64,000 bases of DNA from Squalus acanthias. Its lineage: Eukaryota. Positions 51,836 through 63,981 of this stretch are shown here, piece after piece. The stretch spans positions 13,702,001 through 13,766,000 of the forward strand of contig CM059449.1 of the NCBI GenBank assembly GCA_030390025.1, in the 5' to 3' direction. The notes below the pieces were generated by a model, which searched no databases, was not told where the DNA came from, and was given only the letters and a program-made list of their open reading frames with translations. Position 1 is the stretch's first letter. Each line of letters opens with the position of its first letter. A program made the position numbers and the translations under genes.

Positions 51836-52654
51836 CAACTTTCTTACACTTTAATTATTTTTTTCCAGATTGCACGTCCGTTAATGTTAATGCATTCTGA
51901 GCCATCGAGTGGAAATGTTTGCAATAGCCCAAACTCCACGGTAAACATAACAAAGAACAAAGCGGTTTCACAAGTTCTAACTGCAATTTGAAAGGACTGT
52001 ATCCAAGATAAAGCTGCCGCCCGGGCACCTATACGATTGAAGAATTAGGTAGCCACCTCCCGCATCTTCCAAGTAATCCCTTCAAGAAACCCTCTTGAGC
52101 CAAGCAAAACCTTAATACAGCGCTGGGATGCCGATCTGTCATACCCACTGGTTAACCCGTTGTTCAAGATAACAAGTAGAGAAAATATGAGATTGTAGGG
52201 AACATTGGTGTGAATGCGAGTTGAACAAAATGAGACAACACGATTAAATAGCATTCATGTTTATTTCAGTAAATGTTTTGACCCTGCGCATTCATTAGCG
52301 AAAATTCGGGTTTCTCAAAGACATTAAAAAGCCTATCAGAAATAACACTATTTAGATACAAAAACGTTATACGGTGCTGGAAAATCACTGCTTGATTGCT
52401 CCTGGTTGGCAATATGATGAGGCAGCACGGCTTTTGCTATTAACTTCAAAAGACCTATCCGCCCCAACCCACCGCAAACACCCCCCCGGCTGTGGCGAGG
52501 CGTAACCTTGGCGTGCACTGCGCGAAAACACACACGCGTGTGACTGAAGGACGAGTGGAATATGCCGCAAATAGAACCAGTGATGTTAGGCCTCCGTTTG
52601 GCACTGGTGAAATACCAGGCAATATCAAGTGCGTTCTGGAGCGGATGCTCAGTA

Positions 52655-55600
52655 CACACACACCACAACCTCCCCCCCCCCCCCCCCCACCACACACACA
52701 CACAGCCGCACACACACACACACACACACACCGCCCCCCACACACACACACCAGCCCACACACACAAACACACACCACCACTCCCCCACACAGACACACA
52801 CCGCCCCCCCATACACACACCCCAGCCCACACACACAAACACACACCACCACTTCCCCACACAGACACACACCGCCATCCCACACACACACCCCAGCACA
52901 CACATCGCCCCCCACACACACACACACACACACACCCCCCACACACACACAGCCCCAGCCTCACACACACACACACAGACCGCTCACCCCCACAGACACA
53001 CACATACATACCGTCACTCCACACACACACACGCACCGCCCTCTACCACACACACACACACACCGCCCCCCCCCCACACACACACCGCCCCCCCCACACA
53101 CACACACAGCCCCCCCCCCACACACACACACCGCCCCCCACACACACACACACACTGCCCCCCCCCACACACACACTACCGCACCCCCACACATACACAC
53201 CGAACCCCCCCCACACACACACACACCGCCACCCCCCCACGCACACACACCGCCAGCCCACACACACCCCGCCCCCCCACACACACACACCGCCCCCCCC
53301 ACACACACACACACAGCCCCCCCCACACACACACACCACCCCCCACACACACACACCGCCCCCCCCACACACACACTTTCCACCCCCACACACACACACA
53401 CCCACACCGCACACACACACACCACACACACACCGCCCCCCCCACACACATACATACACACCGACCCCCCATACACACACACCGCCCCTCGCACACACAC
53501 ACACACCGCTCCCCCCCACACACACATGCACCGCCCCCCCCACACACACACACACTGCCTACCCCACACACACACACCGCCCCCCACACACACACAAACC
53601 GCTCCCCCCACACACACACACACACCCCACACACACACACCGCCCCCCCACACACACACACACTGCCCCTCCCACACACACACACACCGCCCCCCCACAC
53701 ACCGCCCCCCCACACACACACAAACTCACACCACCCCCCTCACACACACAAACTCACACCGCCCCCCCCCTCCACACACGCACACACACACTGCCCCCCA
53801 CACACACACAAAATCACACCGCCCCCCCACACACACACACCGCCCCCCCACACACACACTGCCCCCCCACACACAAAAACTCACAGCGCATCCCCCCACA
53901 CACGCACCCCCCCCCACACACACACACACACACACACTGCCCCCCCACACACACAAACTCACACCGCACCCCCCACTCACACACACATACCGCTCCCCCC
54001 AACACACACATCGCCCCTCCACACACACACACACCGCCCCCCCACACACACACGCCGCTCCCCCCAAACACACACACCGCCCCCACACACACACACACCG
54101 CCCCCCACACACATACAAACCGCCCTCCCCCACACACACACACCGCCCCCCCCACACACACACACACACACCGCCCCCCACACACACACACCAGCCCACA
54201 CACACAAACACACACCACCACTCCCCCACACAGACACACACCGCCCCCCCCATACACACACCCCAGCCCACACACACAAACACACACCACCACTTCCCCA
54301 CACAGACACACACCGCCACTCCACACACACACCCCAGCACACACACAAACACACACAAACATCGCCCCCCACACACACACACACACACACACCCCACACA
54401 CACACAGCCCCAGCCTCACACACACACACACAGACCGCTCACCCCCACAGACACACACATACATACCGTCACTCCACACACACACACACGCACCGCCCTC
54501 TACCACACACACACACACACCGCCCCCCCCCACACACACACCGCCCCCCCACACACACACACAGCCCCCCCACACACACACACACCGCCCCCCACACACA
54601 CACACACACTGCCCCCTCCCCACACACACACTACCGCACCCCCACACATACACACCGAACCCCCCCCACACACACACACATCGCCACCCCCCCCACACAC
54701 ACACACCGCCAGCCCACACACACCCCGCCCCCCCACACACACACACCGCCCCCCCCCACACACACACACACAGCCCCCCCCCACACACACACACCACCCC
54801 CCACACACACACACCGCCCCCCCCACACACACACTTTCCACCCCCACACACACACCCACACCGCACACACACACACACACACACACACATCCCCCCCACA
54901 CACATACATACACACCGACCCCCCATACACACACACCGCCCCCCACACACACACACCGCCCCCCACACTCACACACACACCGCTCCCCCCCACACACACA
55001 TGCACCGCCCCCCCCCACACACACACACACTGCCTACCCCACACACACACACCGCCCCCCCACACACACACAAACCGCTCCCCCCCACACACACACACCC
55101 ACACACACACACCGCCCCCCCCACACACACACACACTGCCCCTCCCACACACACACACACCGCCCCCCCACACACCGCCCCCCCACACACACACAAACTC
55201 ACACCACCCCCCTCACACACACAAACTCACACCGCCCCCCCCCCCACACACGCACACACACACTGCCCCCCACACACACACAAACTCACACCGCCCCCCC
55301 ACACACACACACCGCCCCCCCACACACACACTGCCCCCCCACACACAAAAACTCACAGCGCATCCCCCCACACACACACACCCCCCCCACACACACACAC
55401 ACACACACTGCCCCCCCACACACACAAACTCACACCGCACCCCCCACTCACACACACATACCGCTCCCCCCAACACACACATCGCCCCTCCACACACACA
55501 CACACCGCACCCCCACACACACACGCCGCTCCCCCCAAACACACACACCGCCCCCACACACACACACACCGCCCCCCACACACATACAAACCGCCCTCCC

Positions 55601-57310
55601 CCACACACACACACCGCCCCCCCACACACACACACCGCCCCCCCCCCACACACACACACACACACCGCTCCTCGCACACACACACACACTCCACCCCCCT
55701 CACACACACACACTCCACCCCCCCCCACACACACACTCCACCCCCCCCCACACACACACACCGCTCCCCCCCCACACACACACACACCGACTCCCCGCAC
55801 ACACACACTCCGCCCCCCCCCACAGACACACAGACACACCGCCCCCTCACACGCACACACACCGCCCCCCCCCCGCACACACACTGCCCCCATCACACAC
55901 ACACACACTCCGCCCCCCCAACAGACAGTCACACACACCGCTCCCCCCCCACACACACACTCCGTCCCCCCACACATTCACACACACCGCCCCCCCCCAC
56001 ACACACACACACCACCCCCCCCACACACACACACCACCCCCCCCACACACACACACACCGCACCCCCACACACACACTACCACCCCACACACAATCACAC
56101 CGCTCTCCTTCCCACACACATACCGCCCCCCGCAGAGACACACACACTACTCCCACCCCCACGCACACACACCACCCCCCTCACACACACAAACCACCCC
56201 CCCCACACACACACACCACCCCCCCCACACACACACACCACCCCCCACACACACACACACCGCCCCCCTACACACACACTACCACCCCACACACGATCAC
56301 ACCGCCCTCCCTCCCACACACATACCGCCCCCCGCAGAGACACACACACCACTCCCCCCCCCACACACACACACCACCCCCCTCACACACAGACACACTG
56401 CCCCCCCACACACACACACCGCCCCCCCCACACACACCACCCCACCACACACACACACACACCGCCCCCCACACACACACACACTGCCCCCCGACACACA
56501 CACACCAACCCCCCACACACACACACACCACCACCCCCCTCCCCACACACACACCACCCCCCCCACACACACACACCATCCCCCACACTCATACACACCG
56601 CCCCCCTCCACACACATACACACACTGCCCACACACACACACATACACCGCCCCCCTCACACACACACCGGCCCCCCCACACACTCAGAAACCACCCCCC
56701 ACAGACGCACACACACACACCGCCCCCCCCCCACCCCCCCCACACCCCCCCCCCACACACACACACCACCCCCCCACACACGCACACTGCCCCCCCCACA
56801 CACACACACACCGCCCCCACCACACACACACACACACACCGCCACCCCCCCACACACACACACCGCCCCCACCACACACACACACACACACCGCACCCCC
56901 CCCCCCACACACACACACCACCCCCACCACACACACACACACACTGGCCTCTACACGCACACACACCGCCCCCCACACACACACACACACCACCCCCCAC
57001 ACACACACACTGCCCCCCCACACACACACACTGCCCCCCACACACAAAGACAATGCCCCCCCACACACACCATCCCAAACACACACACACACATTCCTCG
57101 CCACGACACACGCACATTCCCCCCGACCCCACCACACACACACCGACACACCCACACACACTTACACCCACACACACACGCACACATCGTCCAACACTCA
57201 CACACTCACACATTGCACCACGTCCCCCGCTACCCCCGCACAGTCAGCGTCTCACACACACCACCTCCCCCACCTCCCCGCACCCCTCCGCCCACACACA
57301 CACAAACAAT
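52655..57310. repeat. 4.6-kb C/A-rich compound repeat with higher-order duplication
   Basis: Units of roughly (CA)n-CCG-Cn. Diagnostic variant blocks recur about 1.44-1.47 kb apart (ccagcccaca at 52751 and 54191; cagcgcatcc near 53884 and 55357). Confidence 0.95.
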
Positions 57311-58419
57311 AGCCAAAGCACATCCACACAGAGGGAAGGTTAAGGTCGACCATAGACAACGGGCTCCAGGCAGCAGGATAGCGATAACCCAGTCCAGTGC
57401 TCTAACCGGCTAGTCAGTGACCCCCTTCCTAGCTTAGCCACCAGTACCATCCTAAACACTGAAATCTGCAATCAGTTTACACAAGCAGGCTAGCAGACTT
57501 ATATCACATCGTACTCCTGCAAATGTCCTGTACACATGTTGTAAAATTATTTAGAAAGAAACTAAACTAGGTGTTTGGCGTTGGGTTTCAGTCTTTCCTC
57601 AGACGTGGTCCTTGGGTCTCAGTCTTCTAGTGGGCACATCATTGAAGATGGGTAGAGATCTGTTCATTTAGGATTTTAGGGAAGCATCTTCAAGCGGGCA
57701 CATTGATCTGAGTTTAAGTAAAGGAACGTGGGAATAAAATCAATAATATTTTGGTTTGAAATAATTGGCGATAGAGGGCAGAATGAGAGACCCTACTGAT
57801 GGCGCAGGATCTTGGGATATTCCGCCCATATGGGTTGATGACAATGTGGCAAGAGAGGGAAGTCAACAGCGTTTCACGGTATGAATTGGACCAATCTTTA
57901 AAGACGATTAAAATTTCAGAGCGATATTTACTGTCCTCACAGCACAGGTGCTATTTCTGATCAACGCTCTTCCCTACCAACTGAAACTGGCGGGGTGGGG
58001 GTAGGGAGGTAATCTTTACTCACCTGGCCGGGCGGAATACACCGGATCGGGTGGAAAGCCGGTTTTGCACGCTGCCCAAAATTAATCTACATTTCCTTCA
58101 ATGCAGAGCAAAATCGGGCGCATGTACAGCCAGCGGTGCACCCCTAGACCCGCCAGTTTCCCAACAGGCGGTTTAGGTTAAAATTGCACCTTCTCTCTAC
58201 ACTTATCAACCCTTAAAGCAGTTTTAAATCGATTAACTGTTCGCATGGTACCAGCGCTGTTGGGGAAACACGCCACGCATTCGCCATGAAAGCTGTTCAG
58301 CTTCTCAAGTCGTATAAAGCACGAAACGTTGTTGTATGATGGGAAGAACATTCGAATATCAGGGCATTACTAAGTCATTCACGTTTTTTAAACATGTAAT
58401 TAACGGAATTCTGAGATAC

Positions 58420-59005
58420 AGGGTCTTGGTGAGACCACACCTGGAGTACTGTGTGCAGTTTTGGTCTCCTTACCTAAGAAAGGATATACTTGCCATAGAG
58501 GGAGTGAAGCGAAGGTTCACCAGACTGGTTCCTGAGATGGCAGGACTGTCGTATGAGGAGAGATTGGGTCGACTAGGCCTGTATTCACTAGAGTTTAGAA
58601 GAATGAGAAGGGATCTCATTGAAACGTATAAAAGTCTGACAGGGCTAGACAGACTGGATGCAGGGAGGATATTTCCCCTGGCTGGGGGTCTAGAACAAGG
58701 GGTCACAGTCTCAGGATACGGGGTAGGACATATAGGACTGAGATGAGGAGAAATTTCTTCATTCAGAGGCTGGTGAACCTGTGGAATTCTCTACCACAGA
58801 AGGCTGTGGAGGCCAAGTCACTGAATATATTTAAGAAGGAGATAGATAGATTTCTAGACACAAAAGGCGTCAAGGGGTATGGGGAGAGAGCGGGAATATG
58901 GTATTGAGATAAAGGATCAGCCATGATCATATTGAATGGCGGAGCAGGCTCGAAGGGCCGAAGGGCCTACTCCTGCTCCTATTTTTACATGTTGCTATGT
59001 TTCTA
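58420..59005 (+). mobile_element. CR1 3' fragment just downstream of the gene B stop
   Basis: VLVRPHLEYCVQFWSPYLRKDI. Confidence 0.9.
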
Positions 59006-59250
59006 TATTCTCCAGAATGCAATTTCAGAAAGCCAAAATGATGCAAAGTTACCGATGGAGTACAAGACATCAAGGGGGAGGTGAAATTCGTCTTCTGCAG
59101 TAGCACAACGTGGGCGATAGCTCATCTTCTGCTCCGTCCGATTTCATTCTCCATTGGAATAGAAAATCGGGTGGACTGAATACGGGCTGCCCATGCTCTA
59201 TAACTCCACTGCCGCTTTCACCCCCACTGTCTTTCCGCACTGTTTAAAAT

Positions 59251-59460
59251 TTATCTTGCCCCCCTGAGGTCACGAGAATTGACGTATCTGAACTCAGGTC
59301 GTCGAGGTTCGGAGAACACGCATGTACTCAGTGAGTTTACTGTGGCGTATTCTACGTGATCTGCTCTCCTGTTCACTCTGTCCTCCTTTCTCCCTTGCTG
59401 TCTATTCAACTGGGCGTAATGCAGAGACTCCTCCTGAGCAACGCCATGATCGGGAAGTGC
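59251..59460 (-). CDS. Gene B terminal exon: ITIM + ITSM-like + YxN tail
   Basis: Acceptor attttaatgcttttag|, phase 0, 70 codons including TAA: ALPDHGVAQEESLHYAQLNRQQGRKEDRVNRRADHVEYATVNSLSTCVFSEPRRPEFRYVNSRDLRGAR*. This frame is absent from the ORF track. Confidence 0.88.
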   Translation of the reverse strand, partial: ALPDHGVAQEESLHYAQLNRQQGRKEDRVNRRADHVEYATVNSLSTCVFSEPRRPEFRYVNSRDLRGAR

Positions 59461-60429
59461 CTAAAAGCATTAAAATATTAAGCTGATCAAGAAACAACAA
59501 TTGCCAGCATTGAAACTCTGTGCTTTTTTGAGATTTCAGCCCAATTGCCGACGTTCTCTTCCACACTGTACTAAAATCAAGACACATGGCAGTTTCTCCT
59601 GATTTAACTCATGCATTCCAGGAACTCGGAGTGGGGAAACTCCTTAAATTAATGAACCTCCCCTGAATCTAAAAAACTCAGTCTTGTTTCATCTAATCAA
59701 GTATTTTTAATTTGTCTGCTCTTCTCTGCCACTTCAGCATCGGTGGGCCCATGCCCTTCTGCAAGGTTACCAAAATCCCAAGACCACAAATATGCTGTCA
59801 ATCAAATGTTTCTAATGAGACAAGTAAAGGATTCCGTATAAAAGAACCCCAGTTATAAATCGTCGGGAGCGCCAGTAAGTTCATCTTTCTGTGTTTAGGA
59901 AGGTGTTGGATGTATGGAATAGTTTCCACTTCCATAGCATGGGGCAGTTAATGGTCGCGCACAACATAGGGCTGGATGCAAAAGTACAGCTTCCTCGACT
60001 CTATAAATGGGCCATATCAAGGAGCTCAAACGAGCGCTCCTGTGCCAGAATTGCAACATTTTTCGACTGTCCACTGGTCTGAGTCAAGAGCGATCTGAGT
60101 GAGATTGTCAGTTTGATGCAAATCTAACGCCAATTTTCTGACCGAGGCAAATATAGACTAGGAATTGGGTTGGGGTGCATTGAACCCGTTTCAATGCGAA
60201 CAAGTACAAACGGAAATGATTCGGGGGTGATTAGCTTTCGGCGGTAGCGCAAAATGGGCGATATCAAATCGGCCGCCCGTCTTACACCTCGCCGGATTTT
60301 GTTTTCCATTGACTGCAGGGCTGACAGTTCGAAATCGCCGTTTTCCGCTACCGCCCAAGCCCAATTTTATCCCCTAGATTTGCATCCCGTTAGATTGAAT
60401 TGATTTGAATTCAAATCGTAATGCAGTAG

Positions 60430-61170
60430 GAGGGTGGTTGCAGTTTGGAACTTTCTGCAATTGATGCTGGGTCAATTGTTAATTTTAAATCTAAGATTGA
60501 CAGATTTTTGTCAACCAAAGGTATTGAGGGACACGGGGCAAAGGCGGGTATATGGAGTTTGGTCACAGATCAGCCATGATCTCATTGAATGGCGGTGCAG
60601 GCTCGAGGGGCTGAATGGCCTCCTCCTGTACCTATGCTCCTAAGCACAGAAGGAGGCCATTCGGCTCATCGTGACTGTGTCGGCTCTTTCAAAGAGTTAC
60701 CAAATTTGTCCTCTTTCTCTGTCCTTTCTCCGGAGCCCTACAAATGTTCCCCCTTCAAGCATTTATCCAATTCCCTTTCGATATTTATTATTGAATCTGC
60801 TTCCACCACCCGTTCAGGCAGTGCAATTTGGATCATAAAAATGTTCTGCGTAAAAAAAAATCTCCTCATCTCCACTCTGGTACTTTTGCCAATTACTTTA
60901 AATCTGCGTCCTCTGGTTACCGACCCTCCTGCCACTGGAAACAGTTTCTTTACTCTATCAAAACCCTTCATGATTTGGAACATCTCTATTATATCTCCCC
61001 TTAACCTTCTCTGCTCAAAGGAGAACAACCCCAGTTTTTCTAGTTTCTCAACGTAACTGCAGTCCTGTATCCCTGGTGCCATTCCAGTAAGTCTCCTTTG
61101 CACCCACTCTAAGGCCTTGACATCCTTCCTAAAGTATGGTGCCCATAATTGAATGCAATACACCAGCTGA
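60430..61170. mobile_element. Two CR1 3' fragments joined tail to tail (plus 60430-60640, minus 60641-61170)
   Basis: Plus-strand 3' UTR abuts the minus-strand ORF YCIQLWAPYFRKDVKALE. Confidence 0.8.
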
Positions 61171-61323
61171 NNNNNNNNNNNNNNNNNNNNNNNNNNNNNN
61201 NNNNNNNNNNNNNNNNNNNNNNNNNNNNNNNNNNNNNNNNNNNNNNNNNNNNNNNNNNNNNNNNNNNNNNNNNNNNNNNNNNNNNNNNNNNNNNNNNNNN
61301 NNNNNNNNNNNNNNNNNNNNNNN
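61171..61323. other. Run of N within a gene B intron
   Basis: 153 N. Confidence 0.99.
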
Positions 61324-61449
61324 TTTATTGACGGCTTTATGCTTCAGATAATGATGATTTTTCACCCCTGAGGCCTTAAAATATTGGAACCGTAAAATCC
61401 TGTTACAACCGTCTATCTGTTGACATGTATAACATTTGATAGTTCTTAC

Positions 61450-61514
61450 TTGTGTTGTTGCCTGTACATCGCTGGAACCTGTGGGAATGATGATCGTGCC
61501 AGACGCATGAAATG
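61450..61514 (-). CDS. Gene B cytoplasmic exon (TFHASGTIIIPTGSSDVQATTQ)
   Basis: Acceptor aatttaattttttcag|, donor CAA|gtaaga; 65 nt, phase 1-0 bridging the TM exon and the ITIM exon. An internal cccacag acceptor in the same phase is also possible. Confidence 0.7.
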
Positions 61515-62279
61515 CTGAAAAAATTAAATTTGTCATATAACAGGAATGTTAATGCAGCTACTTAGATAGCAATATGAATGAACAAGAAATCTCATCTCGG
61601 ATCTCAGATAATAACTGTAACAAAAAATTGAATGATTTCCCTTCCTATTAAACTCTACCGAACAAAAAAGAAATTAAGAAAAAATAAAATTGATAAATAA
61701 CCTCTGATTCTTCCCCTGTCAATTATAGCATCTTCACCATGTTATGGCAATTCAGTAACAAAGTGTTGTAACTCAGTGACATCCCCTAGCCTGCTCCCCA
61801 GTGGCATCATCAACCTTTGAAAGTTTGAACAAAATGGTTTATTTAATTCTCCAGGAGTCACAATCCCTTGTCGTTCTGCTTTAGAATAACACCCAAATCA
61901 TCAGTTTGTCGTTAAATGCTTAGAAATGGTGCATAGCAATTACTCTGGTCGCTATGTGTAGCGGTGTGGTGAGTTCGTTACGATGTCCTCTGGTCCCCAC
62001 TTCTAGCAAAATCGTAAATGCATTTTAATCGAATTATGTTCAATCCCCTCAACAAAGGGTGCGGCAGAATGGTTCTGACAGTTGACCTCATGACCCCTGC
62101 ACCCAGGAAGAGGAAAAAAAGCACCTCAGGTTCTGTTAGGAACTGTCCCCATGTTGATGCCTGTCGAGGTTAGTTGGGCACCCTGCGGACCTTCTTCTCA
62201 AGGGTCCCATATGGCCAATAGTCACTTGGACATGTTACCAAACAAATCCTTCCGGGCTGAGGAACACTATCCCTACATC

Positions 62280-62482
62280 TGTGAGAAGTCGCACAACACC
62301 AGGTTATAGTCCAACAGCTTTATTTGAAATCACAAGCTTTCGGAGCTGCTGCTCCCTCGTCAGGTGAAGGAGCAGCGCTCCGAAAGCTTGTGATTTCAAA
62401 TAAAGCTGTTGGACTATAACCTGGTGTTGTGCGACTTCTCACATTTGTCCACCCCAGTCCAACACCGGCATCTCCACATCAT
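62280..62482. mobile_element. Short hairpin Penelope-like insertion
   Basis: Inverted repeat 62280-62443 plus a short tail; flanked by a 12-bp duplication tatccctacatc (62268-62279, 62483-62494). Confidence 0.8.
62330..62367 (-). ncRNA. Minimal hammerhead ribozyme motif (second family)
   Basis: Minus strand reads tcac-CTGACGA-g-ggagc(agca)gctcc-GAAA-gc-TT-gtga. Confidence 0.7.
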
Positions 62483-62548
62483 TATCCCTACATCGTCAAC
62501 GCTTTCAGAAGAGGGCAATATTTAATTTGGTACAACGACAATACAAAC

Positions 62549-62668
62549 TTTTATTGCCCCAAATCAGTCGAAATGTCAGAAATACGATTAACACAGCTAT
62601 CAACGCCAGCGCGCCCAGCAAAATCGGTGTTATGTCGGTCCTCGCATTCTTCGTTTCCTTTGTGCGGC
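62549..62668 (-). CDS. Gene B transmembrane exon (ectodomain exons presumably beyond window end)
   Basis: Acceptor ttcattctatttatttcag|, donor A|gtttgt; 120 nt, phase 1-1: RTKETKNARTDITPILLGALALIAVLIVFLTFRLIWGNK. Ends in NK plus one nucleotide, as the gene A TM exon does. Confidence 0.85.
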
Positions 62669-62929
62669 CTGAAATAAATAGAATGAAGTCAGAGTTTTTC
62701 ATTGATACTGAAACGTGAAACGAATCATCTAAAGGAAGCAGTTTCTGTACTGAGGGAAAATGTTCGCATCTCAGTGGAACCAGAATACTTGTACTCCTGC
62801 CAGGACTGTGTCTTACCAGCAAAACTTCGCCCTCACCTCCCTTCTTCCAGAAGCTGAGCTGCCCTCCCTGCATTAACAGGACCACCTCCTTGAAAGAAAA
62901 TGGGGGTGGCAGCTAAGACCAATGTTCAG

Positions 62930-63165
62930 AACATATCCTTTCAGCGTCCCAGCAGAAAGATGAAGCTGCTCCTGAAACTTCCATAGGCTGACTTGGAACA
63001 CCGCAGGAAGTAAAAGACACTGAATTCAAAGTGGGGATGGGACAGGGACTGGAAGTTCAGCCACCTGGAGGTCAAGGTCATATTTCCGGAAAGAATGAAG
63101 GTGTCTAACAAAGCAGTCGCCCAATCTGCATTTTGGACTCTGCAGTGCAAAAGGGACCACACTAT
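62930..63165 (-). mobile_element. Degenerate Penelope-like GIY-YIG fragment
   Basis: Translation KCRLGDCFVRHLHSFRKYDLDLQVA matches KCRLGDHFVEHL...DPELPVA in the 10336 ORF. Confidence 0.65.
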
Positions 63166-63365
63166 GTACAGTGAATACTGGGGTCGTTTTCTCTGTTCCG
63201 ATGCCTGGGGCTATTGGATCACCTGGGCACAGCCAATCGAGGCGGGCAGAAGTGCACACCCACAAAGAATCCCGCCGGTTTATAAACACATTGACATATG
63301 ACCAGGCAGTCTCCCTTGCCGGCGTGCACTCTTCCCCAGCGGATTTTCTGTACTCACCGCGGCTC

Positions 63366-63532
63366 ATTTTAACTTTGAGCGAGATAGTAAAATGGGCGAT
63401 ATCGAAATTTGCGCCCATTAATGCCTGATTTTACCTTCCATTGACTTCAGTGGAAAGGAGAATCAGGGGTTGTGTGTAATGGGCTGCTGGTTCGATATCG
63501 CCCATTTAACACTTTAGCCCAAAGTTAAAAGT
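63366..63532. mobile_element. Hairpin MITE (related copies near 6272-6443, 58006-58190, 59075-59225, 60222-60374)
   Basis: TIRs ttttaactttg...aaatgggcgatatcgaa / ttcgatatcgcccattt...caaagttaaaa; central ttccattgacttcagtggaa hairpin, with similar cores in other copies. Confidence 0.6.
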
Positions 63533-63762
63533 ACCTCCACCCTGCTTAGAACATCCAATGCACCCTGTCGCATGAACATAAATGTCTACCTCACAGTATT
63601 GTAAATCGGAGGAGGTAATTCCATGGTTGTCCAACATAGAATGAGTGTTTGCAGCCCCAGGCAATGTTGTCAGAGAAATTAATAGCTAATACTGCACGAC
63701 AAAGTTTCAACTAAAGGGCAGCTGCAAGTCAGCGTGGTGGGAGAGTGAACATGGTTATTTGA

Positions 63763-63981
63763 CATGATGCGGAGATGCCGGCGTTGGACTGGGGTGGACA
63801 AAAATGAGAAGTCGCACAACACCAGGTTATAGTCCAACAGATTTATTTAAAATTACAAGCTTTCGGAGCTGTCGCCCCTTCCTCAGGTAAAGTAACTTTA
63901 CCTGAGGAAGGGGCGACAGCTCCGAAAGCTTGTAATTTTAAATAAATCTGTTGGACTATAACCTGGTGTTGTGCGACTTCT
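63763..63981. mobile_element. Short palindromic Penelope-like insertion
   Basis: Perfect palindrome 63804-63984 (90-bp arms, 1-nt centre); 13-bp duplication catggttatttga (63750-63762, 63982-63994). Confidence 0.82.
63898..63935 (+). ncRNA. Minimal hammerhead ribozyme motif (mirror copy at 63853-63890, minus strand)
   Basis: ttac-CTGAGGA-a-ggggc(gaca)gctcc-GAAA-gc-TT-gtaa; present on both strands because it lies in a perfect palindrome. Confidence 0.7.

Noticed and set aside
52348-57413. Very long His/Thr/Pro-rich ORFs (about 1600 aa) and Cys/Val/Gly-rich ORFs
   Set aside because: All three plus frames are open simply because the C/A repeat lacks stop codons; no domain signal.
59251-62668. 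Calling gene B PDCD1 or BTLA
   Set aside because: ITIM plus ITSM-like tails occur in many families and the ectodomain is not in the window.
62505-62885. 126-aa single-exon membrane protein
   Set aside because: Only 62549-62668 is bounded by splice sites; the flanks are read-through intron.
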